From Octopus vulgaris (lineage: Eukaryota), in the NCBI GenBank assembly GCA_951406725.2, contig OX597824.1, forward strand, positions 36,332,001-36,396,000: 64,000 nucleotides of DNA, in the 5' to 3' direction. The notes beneath the pieces were generated by a model. That model ran no database searches. It had not been told where the DNA came from and saw only the letters and a program-made list of their open reading frames with translations. The translations under genes and the position numbers were made by a program. Shown piece by piece: positions 13,801-27,905 of this stretch; within the stretch, counting starts at the first letter, position 1, and the number at the start of each line of letters is the position of its first letter.

Positions 13801-15059
13801 AAAACACAAAGTAAATGACGTAGAAACACTCAAGCAAACTGAGTCCTCAACGTGTCTATTTACCAAGAGGTTAGCAAGGCATCAGCTGGATCTGAAAAAT
13901 ATGAAAAAATCATAGCTTTAAAATGGTACCAGTTTCATCTTACTACCAATCATAGTCTAGTAGATATGAGGACTTGAAATGTGCCCAAGACTTCTGGAAC
14001 ACCCTGTAGTTTAACCATTTCGCATAGATCTAGTAGCTGAAAAATCTCTATTAAAGAACAGTAACAACTCGAAGGGATAAGAGTTTAATAGGTAAGGATA
14101 TCAAAGAAAGAAAACAAAATAATAAGAATTTATAGAAAATAAGAAATATATATAACTTACATTTAAAGAGACAGGGTATTAAACTTTGAGGTAGGGAAGA
14201 GACAAAGGTAACCCTAAGAGAGGAGCTTGTAGGTATGGGAGTAGTGAGTGCAGGTGGAGGTATTCCGACCGAAGAGATTTTATAAGTTGCAATGTTACAG
14301 GTCTTATTACATATATGATTTTATAGTTTCTAGGAGGTATATAATTAGGAGACTTACTTACATAAAAGCCAATAGAAATATATATAATATGATCAGTAGG
14401 GTAGAACATCATAGAAAGGAACAAATAGTTTAATCACCAAAAACATGATGAAGGCAAATTAAGTAGGCAGGAGTTTTCATGGGATAGTAATTACATATAG
14501 CTCATTACACACCATATCATATAGCTTATAAGATATGCAATAGAATTTAATTCCCCATATAACTTAATATACCATGATTTTATTATATATAATATTAGAG
14601 AGTAAGTTTACTACAGATACGACACCAAAATTAATTTCCACCATCAAAGTTCAAGTATGGTACCTATAATCGCTAATTTCGAAAATACTTAAATGTACGG
14701 TTGACGCTATGTAGGCATGAAACCCTTTGGTCTAATCTATTAATCAGGTTGTTCTTGTCCCTATACTTAAAAATCCCCTAAGTGACCATAGAGCACTGCT
14801 AACACCCGTATCGACTATCTCTATAAGGCTGAGCTCTCCGTATTATCCAATTTAAGGCTAAATTCGATCCCGCTTTCCTTCAGTTCCCAAATCTTGCTTG
14901 ATAAGGACGAACAATTGGCTTTGCGTTTGAGTCTAAAAGACGAGAAATGGTTATTGATACGTTTTTCATATTTATCGAACAAAGTATATATATATATAAA
15001 TTTTCTTTAGAAAATCATAGAAAGTATGGAAGTGCTCGAGACAAACCAGAGATGCTAGA

Positions 15060-15355
15060 TAATTTCAGGAAATACAAGGAAGTTCAACTCAGGCAGACTA
15101 CGATTGGTCTATAGATATACGGATTTAATAAAAAGAATTTTCTAAAACATATAGTAATACATTCAAAATATAGAGTTATAGAAATATAAAAAATATTAGA
15201 ATGTTTATTCATATTTATTTTTATATTTCTATAACTCTATATTCTGAATGTATTAATATATGTTTGAGACAATTCTTTTTATTAAATCCGTATATGTATA
15301 CACCACCAATCGTAGTCTGCCTGAGTTGAATTTCTTTCTTGTATTTCCTGAATTT
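15060..15355. repeat. Imperfect inverted repeat (~130 bp arms, short spacer)
   Basis: TTCAACTCAGGCAGACTACGATTGGT (~15083) vs ACCAATCGTAGTCTGCCTGAGTTGAA (~15305). Confidence 0.85.
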
Positions 15356-15366
15356 ATATACATACA

Positions 15367-15434
<68 letters not shown>

Positions 15435-15579
15435 TGAGTAGAAAAATGAAATATCTTTTTATGGATAATTCGTTTAACCGATACCTGGCTAGAAAATTCA
15501 CATCAGAAATAACACGGTTGAAGTTACGTGCCTAGGGCAGAGACAACGTGTTTTCGTGTGTAAATTTGTGTGTATTTTT

Positions 15580-17149
<1,570 letters not shown>

Positions 17150-17339
17150 ATCCAAACAAGAAAGCACAAAAAACACAACAACGCGAGGACGTGGAACAAA
17201 TATAGTATTATTGGACGCTCAGGAAAGAAGGATAGAAGGAGGGTTTAACGTTTCGAGCGGAGCTCTTCGTCGGAAACATAGGAGTAGGAAAGATCCAGAG
17301 AAGAGAAGACAGAGGAAAAAAAATCGCCAACGGTAAGCC

Positions 17340-18720
17340 TCTCAAGAGACAATTAGTTGATATTCTAGAGCTGCATATCTTCTTATCTCTAGTTACATGT
17401 GGTGCCAGGTACTATAAATACCCAATTCCGAGGTTCTTTGATGAAGGATATCCTTATTTAACCTTAGAACATTCATATTGTAATACTGCTTCAAAAAACA
17501 AATGATATGGAAAGAAGAGTATGATGGTCGAGCTTTCTGCAAAACATCAAAACCTATTAAGAAGTAATCTTTTAATCTAAAAATAAATATACAAGAACCC
17601 AATGCATAATATCGTAGCTTGCTTGATAAATCTGAGAGTGTCTTACTACATATGATCATAGGCATCACGTTTTCTAAATACATTAGCTATTTGCAAAATA
17701 AACTATTAAGGACAATTTTAAGAATTACAAAATCGCTGTACATACATGTAATTACTGATAAAACCAAAACCTTATTTGCGCTCGATGGATATATATAAAA
17801 TTTCATCATCATGTAACCGAACTGCAACTTCAAATTGGAAAATAAGAGTGCACTTCAGAAGATCAATGACCAATACCTAAACTTTGTTGGAGATCTAAAA
17901 GTAAGATGATAGGACTGATCGTTATACCCTTAACCCTCCTCCATCACACAAACCTTAGTTTGAAATCTCATAAGCTGAACTTCCTCAATAAACCCTTAAT
18001 CAGGTTGGCCTGCCCCAACAAATCCGAACTAGAACTTATCATTAACAATATTTTAGTTAGACTTTTCCCAATAGTAAGGGACCAAATAAATTTAATCTTT
18101 GGAACAGAACGGATGTGGTTTATCCCCACTTCCCAAAACAAAACAAATACTTTGTTTCTCCAGTTTGACATTACCAATTATTACAAACCAGTTTCCCATT
18201 TTTGTGAGTAAATCGGTACCTTTCCTCTCACTCAGATACAGATGTTATAGTAATGGCATGAAATTACCTTATATACTTTATCAACATAAGAGGATCTAGA
18301 AATTCTATTAAGGACTACTTCGACATTCCAATGGGATATTTGTATTTTGTTCAAGTTACCAACATTGTACATCTTACTTTTATAATGAATTAACATGCAT
18401 TCCTTAGCTAGGAATGATTGCTATAAGTACGAAGTTCTTTTCGTAGCTACCAAATATATTCGAATTCCAGTTTAGAGCAAACCCAGAAAGCCCGCCATAA
18501 ATTCTTTAACATATATAAACTTTGTGTTTCTATCAAAAATAGCACTGCATTAACTAACTTTTTAGATGTTACTCTAGGCGTAAACCCTGACTCATACTAC
18601 CCTTACCATAAAAATAATGAATACTTCCATTATATTAATGTCAAATCCAATCACCCTAGATCTGTTTTAAATAGCGTTATCAGTGGTGTTTCTATTACAA
18701 TCTCCTACCTTTACATTAAC
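17340..18720 (+). mobile_element. Highly degenerate Penelope-like RT remnant
   Basis: Remnants FDITNYY, PMG, NFLDVTL, YINVKSNHP. Confidence 0.55.
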
Positions 18721-19692
18721 AGTTGATCAACAGCTAATTGTTCTTTTCTATTGCAGATTATTTAGCCAAGAAAAATAATTATGTTATACAATAGAGTGTT
18801 TGGTATGAAGCAGAATTTATATGAATATTGAAATAAAGCATAAATGTCATTCTGTTGGAATTCAGATAAACAAAATGCAATACTACTCTATATTTATAAT
18901 TCTTAAACATAAAACTATAAATTTGCATTTTTAAAGATTCTTACATCATATTTATATTCCCATAACTGCCGAATAAGTCTTACACTCATCAGGGAACAAT
19001 GGCTTTAGTAACCTAATGTACTACTCTACACGAAATTATATAATTGCATCTCAAAGATTCTAGCATCAAGTATATGCCCATAAATGACTTATAAGTCATA
19101 CACTAATCAAGGTAATAATTTTCAGGTTTTTCACTTTTAATAATACATTTGATAGCTTTTTGTTATAATCATTGTAAGTCAATGATGAATCGCTTGAAGG
19201 GACATATGAAGTAAAAAATACTGGAATGCAACTTAAAAAACAACGTCGAATATAACCAGAATGCATTCAAATCATCAGCAAAGTTATCCTACACCAAAAA
19301 TGTACAGACCTTAGTTAACTTGTAGTTTTCAGAAAGATGTTGTTGTTTTACTAAAAGGATATACACATCCATTCACTTAAAATTAGTCATTCCATCTAAC
19401 AAATCACCTCCCTATTCCACCAAACATTAAATTAATTATGGATGAATTTGTTCATGCTGAAACGCGTCAGACTCATGTATTTCTTTTAGTGAGCAATATA
19501 TTTTAAATTATAAGCTTATATTTGTATTAATTTGAATTGAAAACTAGTTCAATGCTTTTCCAAATAGATACAGGCCTAACCCTGCTGTTTATTCACCATG
19601 TATGAATGTATTGTCAAAAAAATTAGTCTCCATCGTAAAGAAAAACTCCTAATGGTTCTGTTATTAATAATCGTAATGTTTTCATTTTTTAG

Positions 19693-21605
19693 GTTTGTTG
19701 CTGATAAAGACATCTGAAGCTGCTTATCGTGTTGATGCCCATGAAAGAGCAAGGAGGATGGTTTATCATCCTTCAGCTCCGTTTCAGCGGCGTCATTTAG
19801 ATAAAGCTGAAGTGACAGTCAGAGATCTTCTTGGTTTGAAGGAGTATGAAGAAGTTGAAGAGTCAAACCGTATCAAAACAGTTGAAGGCACAGAAGTTTT
19901 ACGCTTACAAGAGAAGTTCTTAGGTGTTCCTATTTTTGATGCTTCATTAACTGTTACAGAAGATAAAGATGGACATTTGACTGGTGATGCAACAGGTACA
20001 CTTATTCAAGGAATTGAAGATGATATTACAAATGTAAAACCAAAGCTTTCCAAATCAGATGTCTTTGATATTGCTTTTAAAGCAGAGGGAGATGAGATTT
20101 ACGCAAATAGTATCGAACCAGAATATGAAATTATGATTTTCATGGATGAAAATGACAAACCTCGATTAGCATACTATATTAATTATCGAATAGAAAATGA
20201 AAAAGTTATCAAACGGCCTACGTTTGTCATTGATGGTAACACTGGAGAAATACTATTGAAATATAACAATTTAAATACAATTTCCACTGTTCTGACTGGT
20301 TCCGGTGGTAATGAAAAATCAGGAATATACAAATTTAGTGACAAAAATCACAAAGCTTTTTTAACTCAGATTGGTGAAATGTGTTTCCTGGAAAATAATT
20401 ATGTGAAGGTTATAGATATGCAAAACAGTTTTGAGAAAGTCTCTCTTAATACAGACCCTATTGATTATGTTTGTGACGTTGGTTTTAATGATAGTGCCAA
20501 TGCAGCGATATCTCCAGCACTTGATGCTTTTTATCATGGTAGTATGGTATCTCAGATGTTTCAGGAATGGTATAATACTTCAATACTAAACAAACAAGCT
20601 ATATTGCGTGTTCATTATGCGAAAAATTACGAAGGTTCATACTGGGATGGGAAATATTGCACATTTGGCGATGGCCATACACGCTTTTATCCTTCAACAG
20701 TCGCTGATGTTGTTGCACATGAATTTGCTCATGGCTTCACAGAACAACACTCCGGATTGCTTTACTTAAACCAGTCTGGATCTATAAATGAGGCTTTTTC
20801 TGATATAACAGGAGAAGTCGCTGAAGCTTATATAGATAAAAATGACTGGTTAGTTGGCTTCTATATCGCGAAAGATAAGAAATCATACAGATTTATGTCA
20901 AACCCATCCTTAGACAATAAATCTGTAAGTCATGTAGATAACTTCAAAGCAAGTATGAATCCCCATCATGGAAGTGGCATTTATAATTTTATGTTTTACT
21001 ACATTGTGCACGAATTAAAAATGGATATCATGGAAGCTTACCGAGTTTTCCTTATTGCCAATGAAATATATTGGCATCCTCTTACAGATTTCACTTCTGG
21101 GGCTTGTGATATGCTGAAAGTTGCCTATGATCTTGGGAAAGATCTAACCCCCTTTATTAAAGCCTATGAAATTGTGGGAATTAAACCATGTGATGTAGAG
21201 AAACATATTCGAAGATTGACATTGAACAGAACAACCTCAGGTATTAGCGTGTCAGTTAACAAAAACCCAGTCTTTGATTTTGTTTATCCACGCTGGGCTT
21301 GGAATATTACAATTACTGCCACTAGTATGTATGGCATGAATGGCAAAGTTCATATTAGGGTATCAATGAACAATATGCTAACAGAAGGAGATGGTTCTGA
21401 TCCTGTTACATTGTTAGCTGAAGGCACATCAGAACTGAATTTGGGAAAGCCTAAAGGAGATAAATTTTTCTTCATGTTGTCTCCGGAATCTAGAGAAAAT
21501 TTGGAAAATGTTAGTTTACGTGTTACTTATTGGTGTGATCCTAATTTTGTTTCCGAGACATTTATTGAAGATTTTTTGCACCGGGAAATGTGTATTAAGG
21601 ATTAA
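19693..21605 (+). CDS. M4 (thermolysin/elastase/vibriolysin-type) zinc metalloprotease, gene 1, large exon 2 (end of signal peptide, FTP/PepSY propeptide, catalytic domain, C-terminal extension)
   Basis: 636-codon open frame with no ATG start, preceded by TTTTCATTTTTTAG acceptor; HEFAH (20718-20732), GSINEAFSD, PHHGSG, FGDG..FYP, GSGGNEK, RPTFVIDGNTGEIL. Confidence 0.95.
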
Positions 21606-21647
21606 GGTATTAAAAACTTAATCAGACATTTGTTTACTGGTTTCAAT

Positions 21648-21685
21648 AATAAATATGTCAAATAACTTACAATTTAATCAATAAA
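21648..21685 (+). terminator. Candidate polyadenylation signals of gene 1
   Basis: AATAAA at 21648 and 21680, shortly after the stop. Confidence 0.5.
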
Positions 21686-22911
21686 TATTTCATAATTGCT
21701 TGCATTTCCAGATAGCTTTAATCTTACATTTATGCGAATGTTCAATTGAAAACACAAATGAAAAATATAAATAAACATAATTTGAATCTTATAATATTGT
21801 TATTTTTGAAATTCCTGAATTCTCTCCTTTAACAAATTCATTTTATAGGATTTTATTACAAAATCATTTTGAAATCCTCAAATCAGTCTATCTGAATAAA
21901 TCATGTGAAGGAGAAAGTTTTAGATTTGCTGCAGACATACAAAAACCTGGTGTCTCTGAAAAGTAGAAATTGTTTAGAAGAGCAGGAAGAGCGAGAGAAC
22001 TGTACCGAAAAACTGCTCTTTTGAAATAATGACCTGACCCTTTTGATATAATGCCCAAAGACGTAGAAGACATGACCAAAAAAAAGACAAGGAAGACAAG
22101 GAAAGTACCGAGAAAGATCAAAGGGCTCTCAGAAAATGTATTCTTGACGGAAAAGGTTCAAGATATATCAAAGCTGTTGCGAGACACGAAAAGCAAAATG
22201 AAAAGATTATTGAACATAGAAAATCAGACAAGTAATCCAGCCAAATACTGAGCAACCCTTCACATGAACAAAAGGATAACGAGCTTGAACAGCAGTCTCT
22301 TGGATGATTTGGAATGGAAGTTAAATGAATCTCAGTTATTTCATGCTTAAGTGCTAAGTGAACAATGAACATCTAATCATAATATTTCCTGTTAAAAATC
22401 AGCTCAATAGGTATGTAGTGAGGGCTCTTTTTATAGTACAACTTGTATTATATACTTTAAAAGTAAATTAAAAAATATATCTTGGGAGGTTGTTGCTGAT
22501 TACGATAAAAAATATTTTGTCAACCATGTTTCATTGAGCTTGTCATAAAATCATTAAAAACAATTATGCACTTGCACCATAATTTTCTAGCATGAGACTT
22601 ATGAAACAAATATTAAACAAATACCTTTCGATTTGATATTACTCGCGCACAGTAAAAACGACTAATTTTGATTTAAAAAGAAACGCATTTTTTCAACTTA
22701 GGGAGGGTTGTGTAGTCACAAAAATGGTTTTAGATCCATGTTACTTTGTAAGTCTAAATTTTTTTCATCCACTGGCACCACAACGGACAATAGTGTTGTC
22801 ATAAAAATCTTTGACCATTAAAACGGGACAACCTAGTGTGTATACATACATACATACATACATACATACATACATACATACATACATACATACATACATA
22901 CATACATACAT

Positions 22912-23732
22912 TATTATGGCTGTCCCCTCGTTATCGAGTATGGCCATTGCACGAAGCTTAACTGTTACTGGTGCTGTGATCGAATGTGACTTTTTAGCTC
23001 AGCTAAAGAGCTACAATATCTTGTACAAAATTGGCAACTGAAACTTTTACTGGTAATAGCCGGCTGTAGTTGTAACTGGGATTCATGTACATTTGCATGT
23101 CGTTTAAGTCCTCCTGCCGAATTACACTCTCTTCCACATGCCCGACAGATATGATTAGTATGGTGTGTTACACCATCACCAGTGGCCAGGTTGTCACTCA
23201 TCTGTCTCGTTTTATGACTACGAAGATGACTCTTGAGTCCAGCTTTACTGAGGTAGGGTCTTGAACAGACATTGCATGCCAGCATCAAAGAAAGACCCTT
23301 CCCTTCTAGAAGTGTAACAGTGATGCCCTTCCTGACATCCCTCCTTACTTTCTCATGTGCAACTCGAGATTTCTCAAAAGTGGCTGTTCCCTCACACAAT
23401 CCTTCACTACCTGCTACGATCAATAGCTATGCCTTGCCATGTGTCAGGAGAGATGCAAGCATCTCTTAAGGAAGCCTTCAGCAAGTCCTTACACCTCTTA
23501 AACAACTGGAACGTTTCTATCAGATGTGCCTCAGACGGATCTATGGCATTAAGTGGAAGGACTGCATCAGTGATCTTGAAATATTGGAAGGCTCTCAGTG
23601 TGAAAGTATAGAAGCTCTTGTGTTAAAACAAAGGCTCAGATGGAGTGGTCATCTGGTCAGAATGAAGGATTCAAGGATGCCAAAACAACTCTTCTATGGA
23701 GAGTTAACTGAAGGAGAACGGCTTCCACATAA
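22912..23732 (-). mobile_element. RTE-type LINE 3' end with C2H2 zinc fingers and an inverted 5' segment
   Basis: Minus strand: three CxxC-x12-HxxxH-type fingers; plus strand 23470-23730: CLRRIYGIKWKD...RLRWSGHLVRMKDSRMPKQLFYGEL; flanked by (CATA)n. Confidence 0.8.
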
Positions 23733-24249
23733 ACATACATACATACATACATACATACATACATACATACATACATACATACATACATACATACATACAT
23801 ACATACATACATACATACATAAAGACATACATACTTAATTACATACATGCTTTCTAAATGTGCTTCTAAGCTATTTGAATCTCTTGCTATAATAGTTAAG
23901 CAATGAATTTCGCTCAACATTGCTAAACATCACGCCGAGATTACCTCACTCAAATGGAGAGTACATTGTCGCCCGGAATTTCCAAGTCCACATCACCACA
24001 GTACTGACTTGAGAAGCCAGTAGTACAAAAGAAAATAAAAGAGAAAAATTAAACGCCAAAAATGTTGAGAAGTATGTCAAAAGAACCAATGGGCGATAAG
24101 CAGATCGCGAGACCCAAAATATACAAGAAGGGGTGTGAATTAAAGTTGAAGAACAAGAAGAAAAAGGGAGAGAATGGAATAAAGAAGAAAGAAATGAGAA
24201 AACTTTTACCGTTAATGTGAAAAACTGTGGTCATAAGCTATTATCTAAG

Positions 24250-24980
24250 AATATGGGGTGGTATAAGAGTGTGGGGGTGGGGTAAGAGTATGGGAGTGGC
24301 GTAAGGATATGGGGGTGGCGTAAGAGGATGGGGATGGCGTAAGAGTATGGGGTGGCGTAAGAGTATGGGGTGGCGTAAGAGTATGGGAGTGGCGTAAGGA
24401 TATGGGGATGGCGTAAGAGTATGGGGTGGCGTAAGAGTATGGGAGTGACGTAAGAGTATGGAGGTGGCCGTAAGAGTATGGGAGTGGCGTAAGAGCATGG
24501 GAGTGGCGTAAGAGCATGGGGTGGCGTAAGAGTATGGGGGTGACGTAAGAGTATGGGAGTGGCGTAAGAGTATGGGAGTGGCGTAAGAGTATGGGGGTGG
24601 CGTAAGAGTATGGGAGTGGCGTAAGAGTATGGGGGTGGCGTAAGAGTATGGGAGTGGCGTAAGAGTATGGGAGTGGCGTAAGAGTATAGGGGTGGCGTAA
24701 GAGTATGGGTGTGGCGTAAGAGTATGGGGGTGGCGTAATAGTATGGGGGTGGCGTAAGAGTATGGGAGTGGCGTAAGAGTATGGGAGTGGCGTAAGAGTA
24801 TGGAGTGGCGTAAGAGTATGGGAGTGGCGTAAGAGTATGGGGGTGGCGTAATAGTATGGGGGTGGCGTAAGAGTATGTGAGTAGCGTAAGAGTATGGGGT
24901 GGCGTAAGAGTATGGGAGTGGCGTAAGAGTATGGGAGTGGCGTAAGAGTATGGGGTGGCGTAAGAGTATGGGGGTGGCGT
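24250..24980. repeat. 19-bp G-rich minisatellite (GTAAGAGTATGGG[A/G]GTGGC)n, roughly 38 units
   Basis: Direct reading; the 19-aa periodic ORF translation equals 3 x 19 bp. Confidence 0.95.
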
Positions 24981-25603
24981 TCACTCTATAGAAATATAAG
25001 GCGTCCATAGAACTGATATACCCTCCTGCATACACAGACTCACGCAAATGCATGCACAGATACACACACACCAACTGCGTGTACGCCCACAATATGTAAA
25101 CACCCATTCGCACGTAAATGCATACGCAAAAGTACACGTACACACCCATAGGTATGTACATACACACGCGCACACACGCACACACACGCGTGCACACACG
25201 CACAAACATTCGCACATACATGCATACATGAAGCGTATATGCATCAACACGCATCTGTGTAGAGATTAAAAGCGGGGGGTTACAGAGCTTATAAGGAAAA
25301 GGTAAAAAAAAAAAAGGAAATATACGGAGAAAACAAACGGAATATAAAAATATATAAAGGTACAATAAAAGTATAATACAAAAGGAATAACGGGAAACTT
25401 AGAGACTCTGAAATATACATGCATTCATATGTTCATTGGCATGTCTGCGTACGGCGAACGATTTTTGTACAAATCGGTGTCACATGTGAGGTGGAAATAT
25501 AAGGTTACAAATAATTTGGGAATATCGAACCAGAAGAGCGGTAAAACAATTAAACAGAAAAGTATCAGGGTAGAAAATTAGTATTTGTACTAATTGTAAT
25601 TGC

Positions 25604-26086
25604 GGATCTTTTCGGTTTGAACGGCAGTTTTTTCTAGCGGTGTCATATGAAATTGCCACCCATAATTATGACCCTAGTATCGATCTACTGCATTTCAATC
25701 TATTTTCGGGTTAGGGTTAGGGGGAAGGGTATCTTTTTTCCTTCACAAATGTAAATAAACCCAATCTGTTTCTTAAACGAGGGACATATTCATACGGCAC
25801 AGAATGTTTTTTTTACCTCAATAGGGTACTCTTACGCCACCCCCATACTATTACGCCACCCCCATACTCTTACGCCACTCCCATACTCTTACGCCACTCC
25901 ATTGGTTGAAATTGCAGAAATTGAAGAAGAAAAAAAACAACAAATATCTTACAAACTATAGAATTTTCTCAATAAAGCCAAGAGAAAAAGATGTTTTATA
26001 AACACATTCTACCAGTATACGAAGTTTAAAACTTTTTGGTTACCTAGAAATTATGTTAAAAACTGCTGTTCAAACCGAAAAGATCC
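25604..26086. mobile_element. MITE with TIRs and 8-bp TSD (Merlin-like GG...CC ends)
   Basis: GTAATTGC-GGATCTTTTCGGTTTGAACGGCAGTTTTT...AAAAACTGCTGTTCAAACCGAAAAGATCC-GTAATTGC. Confidence 0.85.
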
Positions 26087-26635
26087 GTAATTGCTTCATT
26101 GCATGATAGTTATGATTTCTGAAATGCAGAAATTGCACTTGTTATACCTGCATTGCGGTTAGGTTTGCATTACAATGAACCATTTTATATCGTACTCTAC
26201 TGAATATTTTTGTTAAGCTATTTGTAAGTCTAGATGAAGAAGTACTGTTGACTTTCGCTTCCAACCTAAAGTTTGAGTAGTGTTTATTCAGCTTCACCTT
26301 GTGTGTAGTGTTGCACGCAAGGCTGGACTTAGGACGTGCGGGGCCCAATTGGGAACAAATTTGGTGGGCACCAGATTCCTACTCAACTTGCACCTCAGAA
26401 ATTCCCTACTTCCACCACAGAGATATTTTTAAAAACTCGTTTTGTTTTCAGGTGATATCAACTAATCTCGCCTTCTAATATACTGCAGAGGACTTGTTTT
26501 CGCTTTGAAGCATATTAGGTGATCAGAATTGTGGTTGTTTTGTATGTTTAATAACTGCTATTTTTAGTATACTAAACAGCTTCCAATTTATTTAAAACAG
26601 AGTATAATGTGTGTGTATATGTGTATGTCTATAAC

Positions 26636-26688
<53 letters not shown>

Positions 26689-26979
26689 GTGCGTGTGTGT
26701 GTGTGTATTATATAGAGTCCTTGGAAATTCCTGGTTTCGTCAATTTTCATGTCACACCGGTGAAAGTCTTCTTGGGCCAATTGGTTGGGGTAGTGCAGTG
26801 CAAGCTACACCTACTGAAAATTATTCCTCTGCACAGGTACTTCCTGTACTGCAAATTTTAGTAAAATCATCGAAATAGTTGGCTGGCAGAAATCTAAAGG
26901 TGCACTTGTAACTTACTCTAAAATGTCTCAAACAGATTCAGTAAATGGCAAAAAAGGCTTAGGAACGTCAGGGGAACAG

Positions 26980-27360
26980 GCCTGGTTCGGCAGGTGTCCC
27001 AGTATATCACAGGCTGGGCCCGGTCGTCACCCTGCCACTGTGGTCAAACAACTTTCAAGAAAAAGTAAAAATAAACATCCTTTGAATTTCGGTTGCTAGA
27101 ATGTGCGCACGCTTCTTGATAATTTCAACAAGAAGTCAGCCAGAAAGACGTACTATACTTATTGCATTGGGGCTTAAGAAATATTCCCTTGATATACTTG
27201 CGCTCTCTGAAACTCGTCTCTCTGGTGAGGGTCAAGTAAATGAACATACTATGGATATACTATCTTTTGGAGAGGCCTACCTAAGGCTCAGCGTAGAGAA
27301 TCTGGTGTTGGGTTTGCTCTCAAAAATTCAATAGCATCCTCCATTACAGAGTTTCCAGTT
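26980..27360 (+). mobile_element. RTE-type LINE 5' fragment (APE endonuclease start)
   Basis: NVRTL, DILALSETRLSGEGQ, GVGFA. Confidence 0.7.
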
Positions 27361-27385
27361 TAATATGGCATGATATGAACGAACC

Positions 27386-27453
<68 letters not shown>

Positions 27454-27455
<2 letters not shown>

Positions 27456-27851
27456 TAGCAGTATCGCCCGGCGTTGCTCGGGTTTGTAAAGGAAATAACT
27501 ATATAAGCATTTTTAGAGATGTAAAGTATAATAGCCATCTCAATATGGCTAACCACAAAGGGGTGGGGGGTGTTACTGTAGCTTTTTACGTTCTGAGATT
27601 TAATAATAAATTTTTAGAGAGTTACTTCCCTTATATATGCCAAAAATGCATTAAAAAATGGGAAAAATTGATGGTAAATTTTTTTAAAATCGTAGACTCA
27701 TCGTAGACGCGCGCTAATACCCAGAAGGGCTCGATATGAATCACGACTATAAGATACCCGGTTTTGGTTAAACTGCACCGCAAAATGTGGGAGTAGTTAG
27801 GAATCTAAATCGTAGGAGACAGACAGCACACAACCTCACTTTTATATATAA
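27454..27851 (+). mobile_element. Helitron/Helentron-like non-autonomous element in a (TA)n tract
   Basis: Starts ACTAGC...CCCGGCGTTGCTCGGG hairpin, ends ...CACTTTTATATAT; same architecture as elements at 52359 and 54311. Confidence 0.6.

Positions 27852-27901
<50 letters not shown>

Positions 27902-27905
<4 letters not shown>

Noticed and set aside
19695-21605. Bacterial contamination as the source of the M4 ORFs
   Set aside because: No ATG/RBS start; splice acceptor, matching upstream micro-exon, AT-rich codon usage, poly(A) signals and host TEs in the flanks
22965-23423. Host C2H2 zinc-finger gene
   Set aside because: Fingers sit at the C-terminus of an RTE ORF remnant, with a microsatellite tail and adjacent RT sequence
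24250-24980. Possible CRISPR array
   Set aside because: Head-to-tail tandem units without unique spacers; eukaryotic context and no cas genes
24241-25365. 374-aa His/Pro/Thr-rich ORF
   Set aside because: Translation of the 19-bp minisatellite and (CA)n sequence; no coding signature
25707-25723. Telomeric TTAGGG repeat
   Set aside because: Only about two units, internal to a MITE
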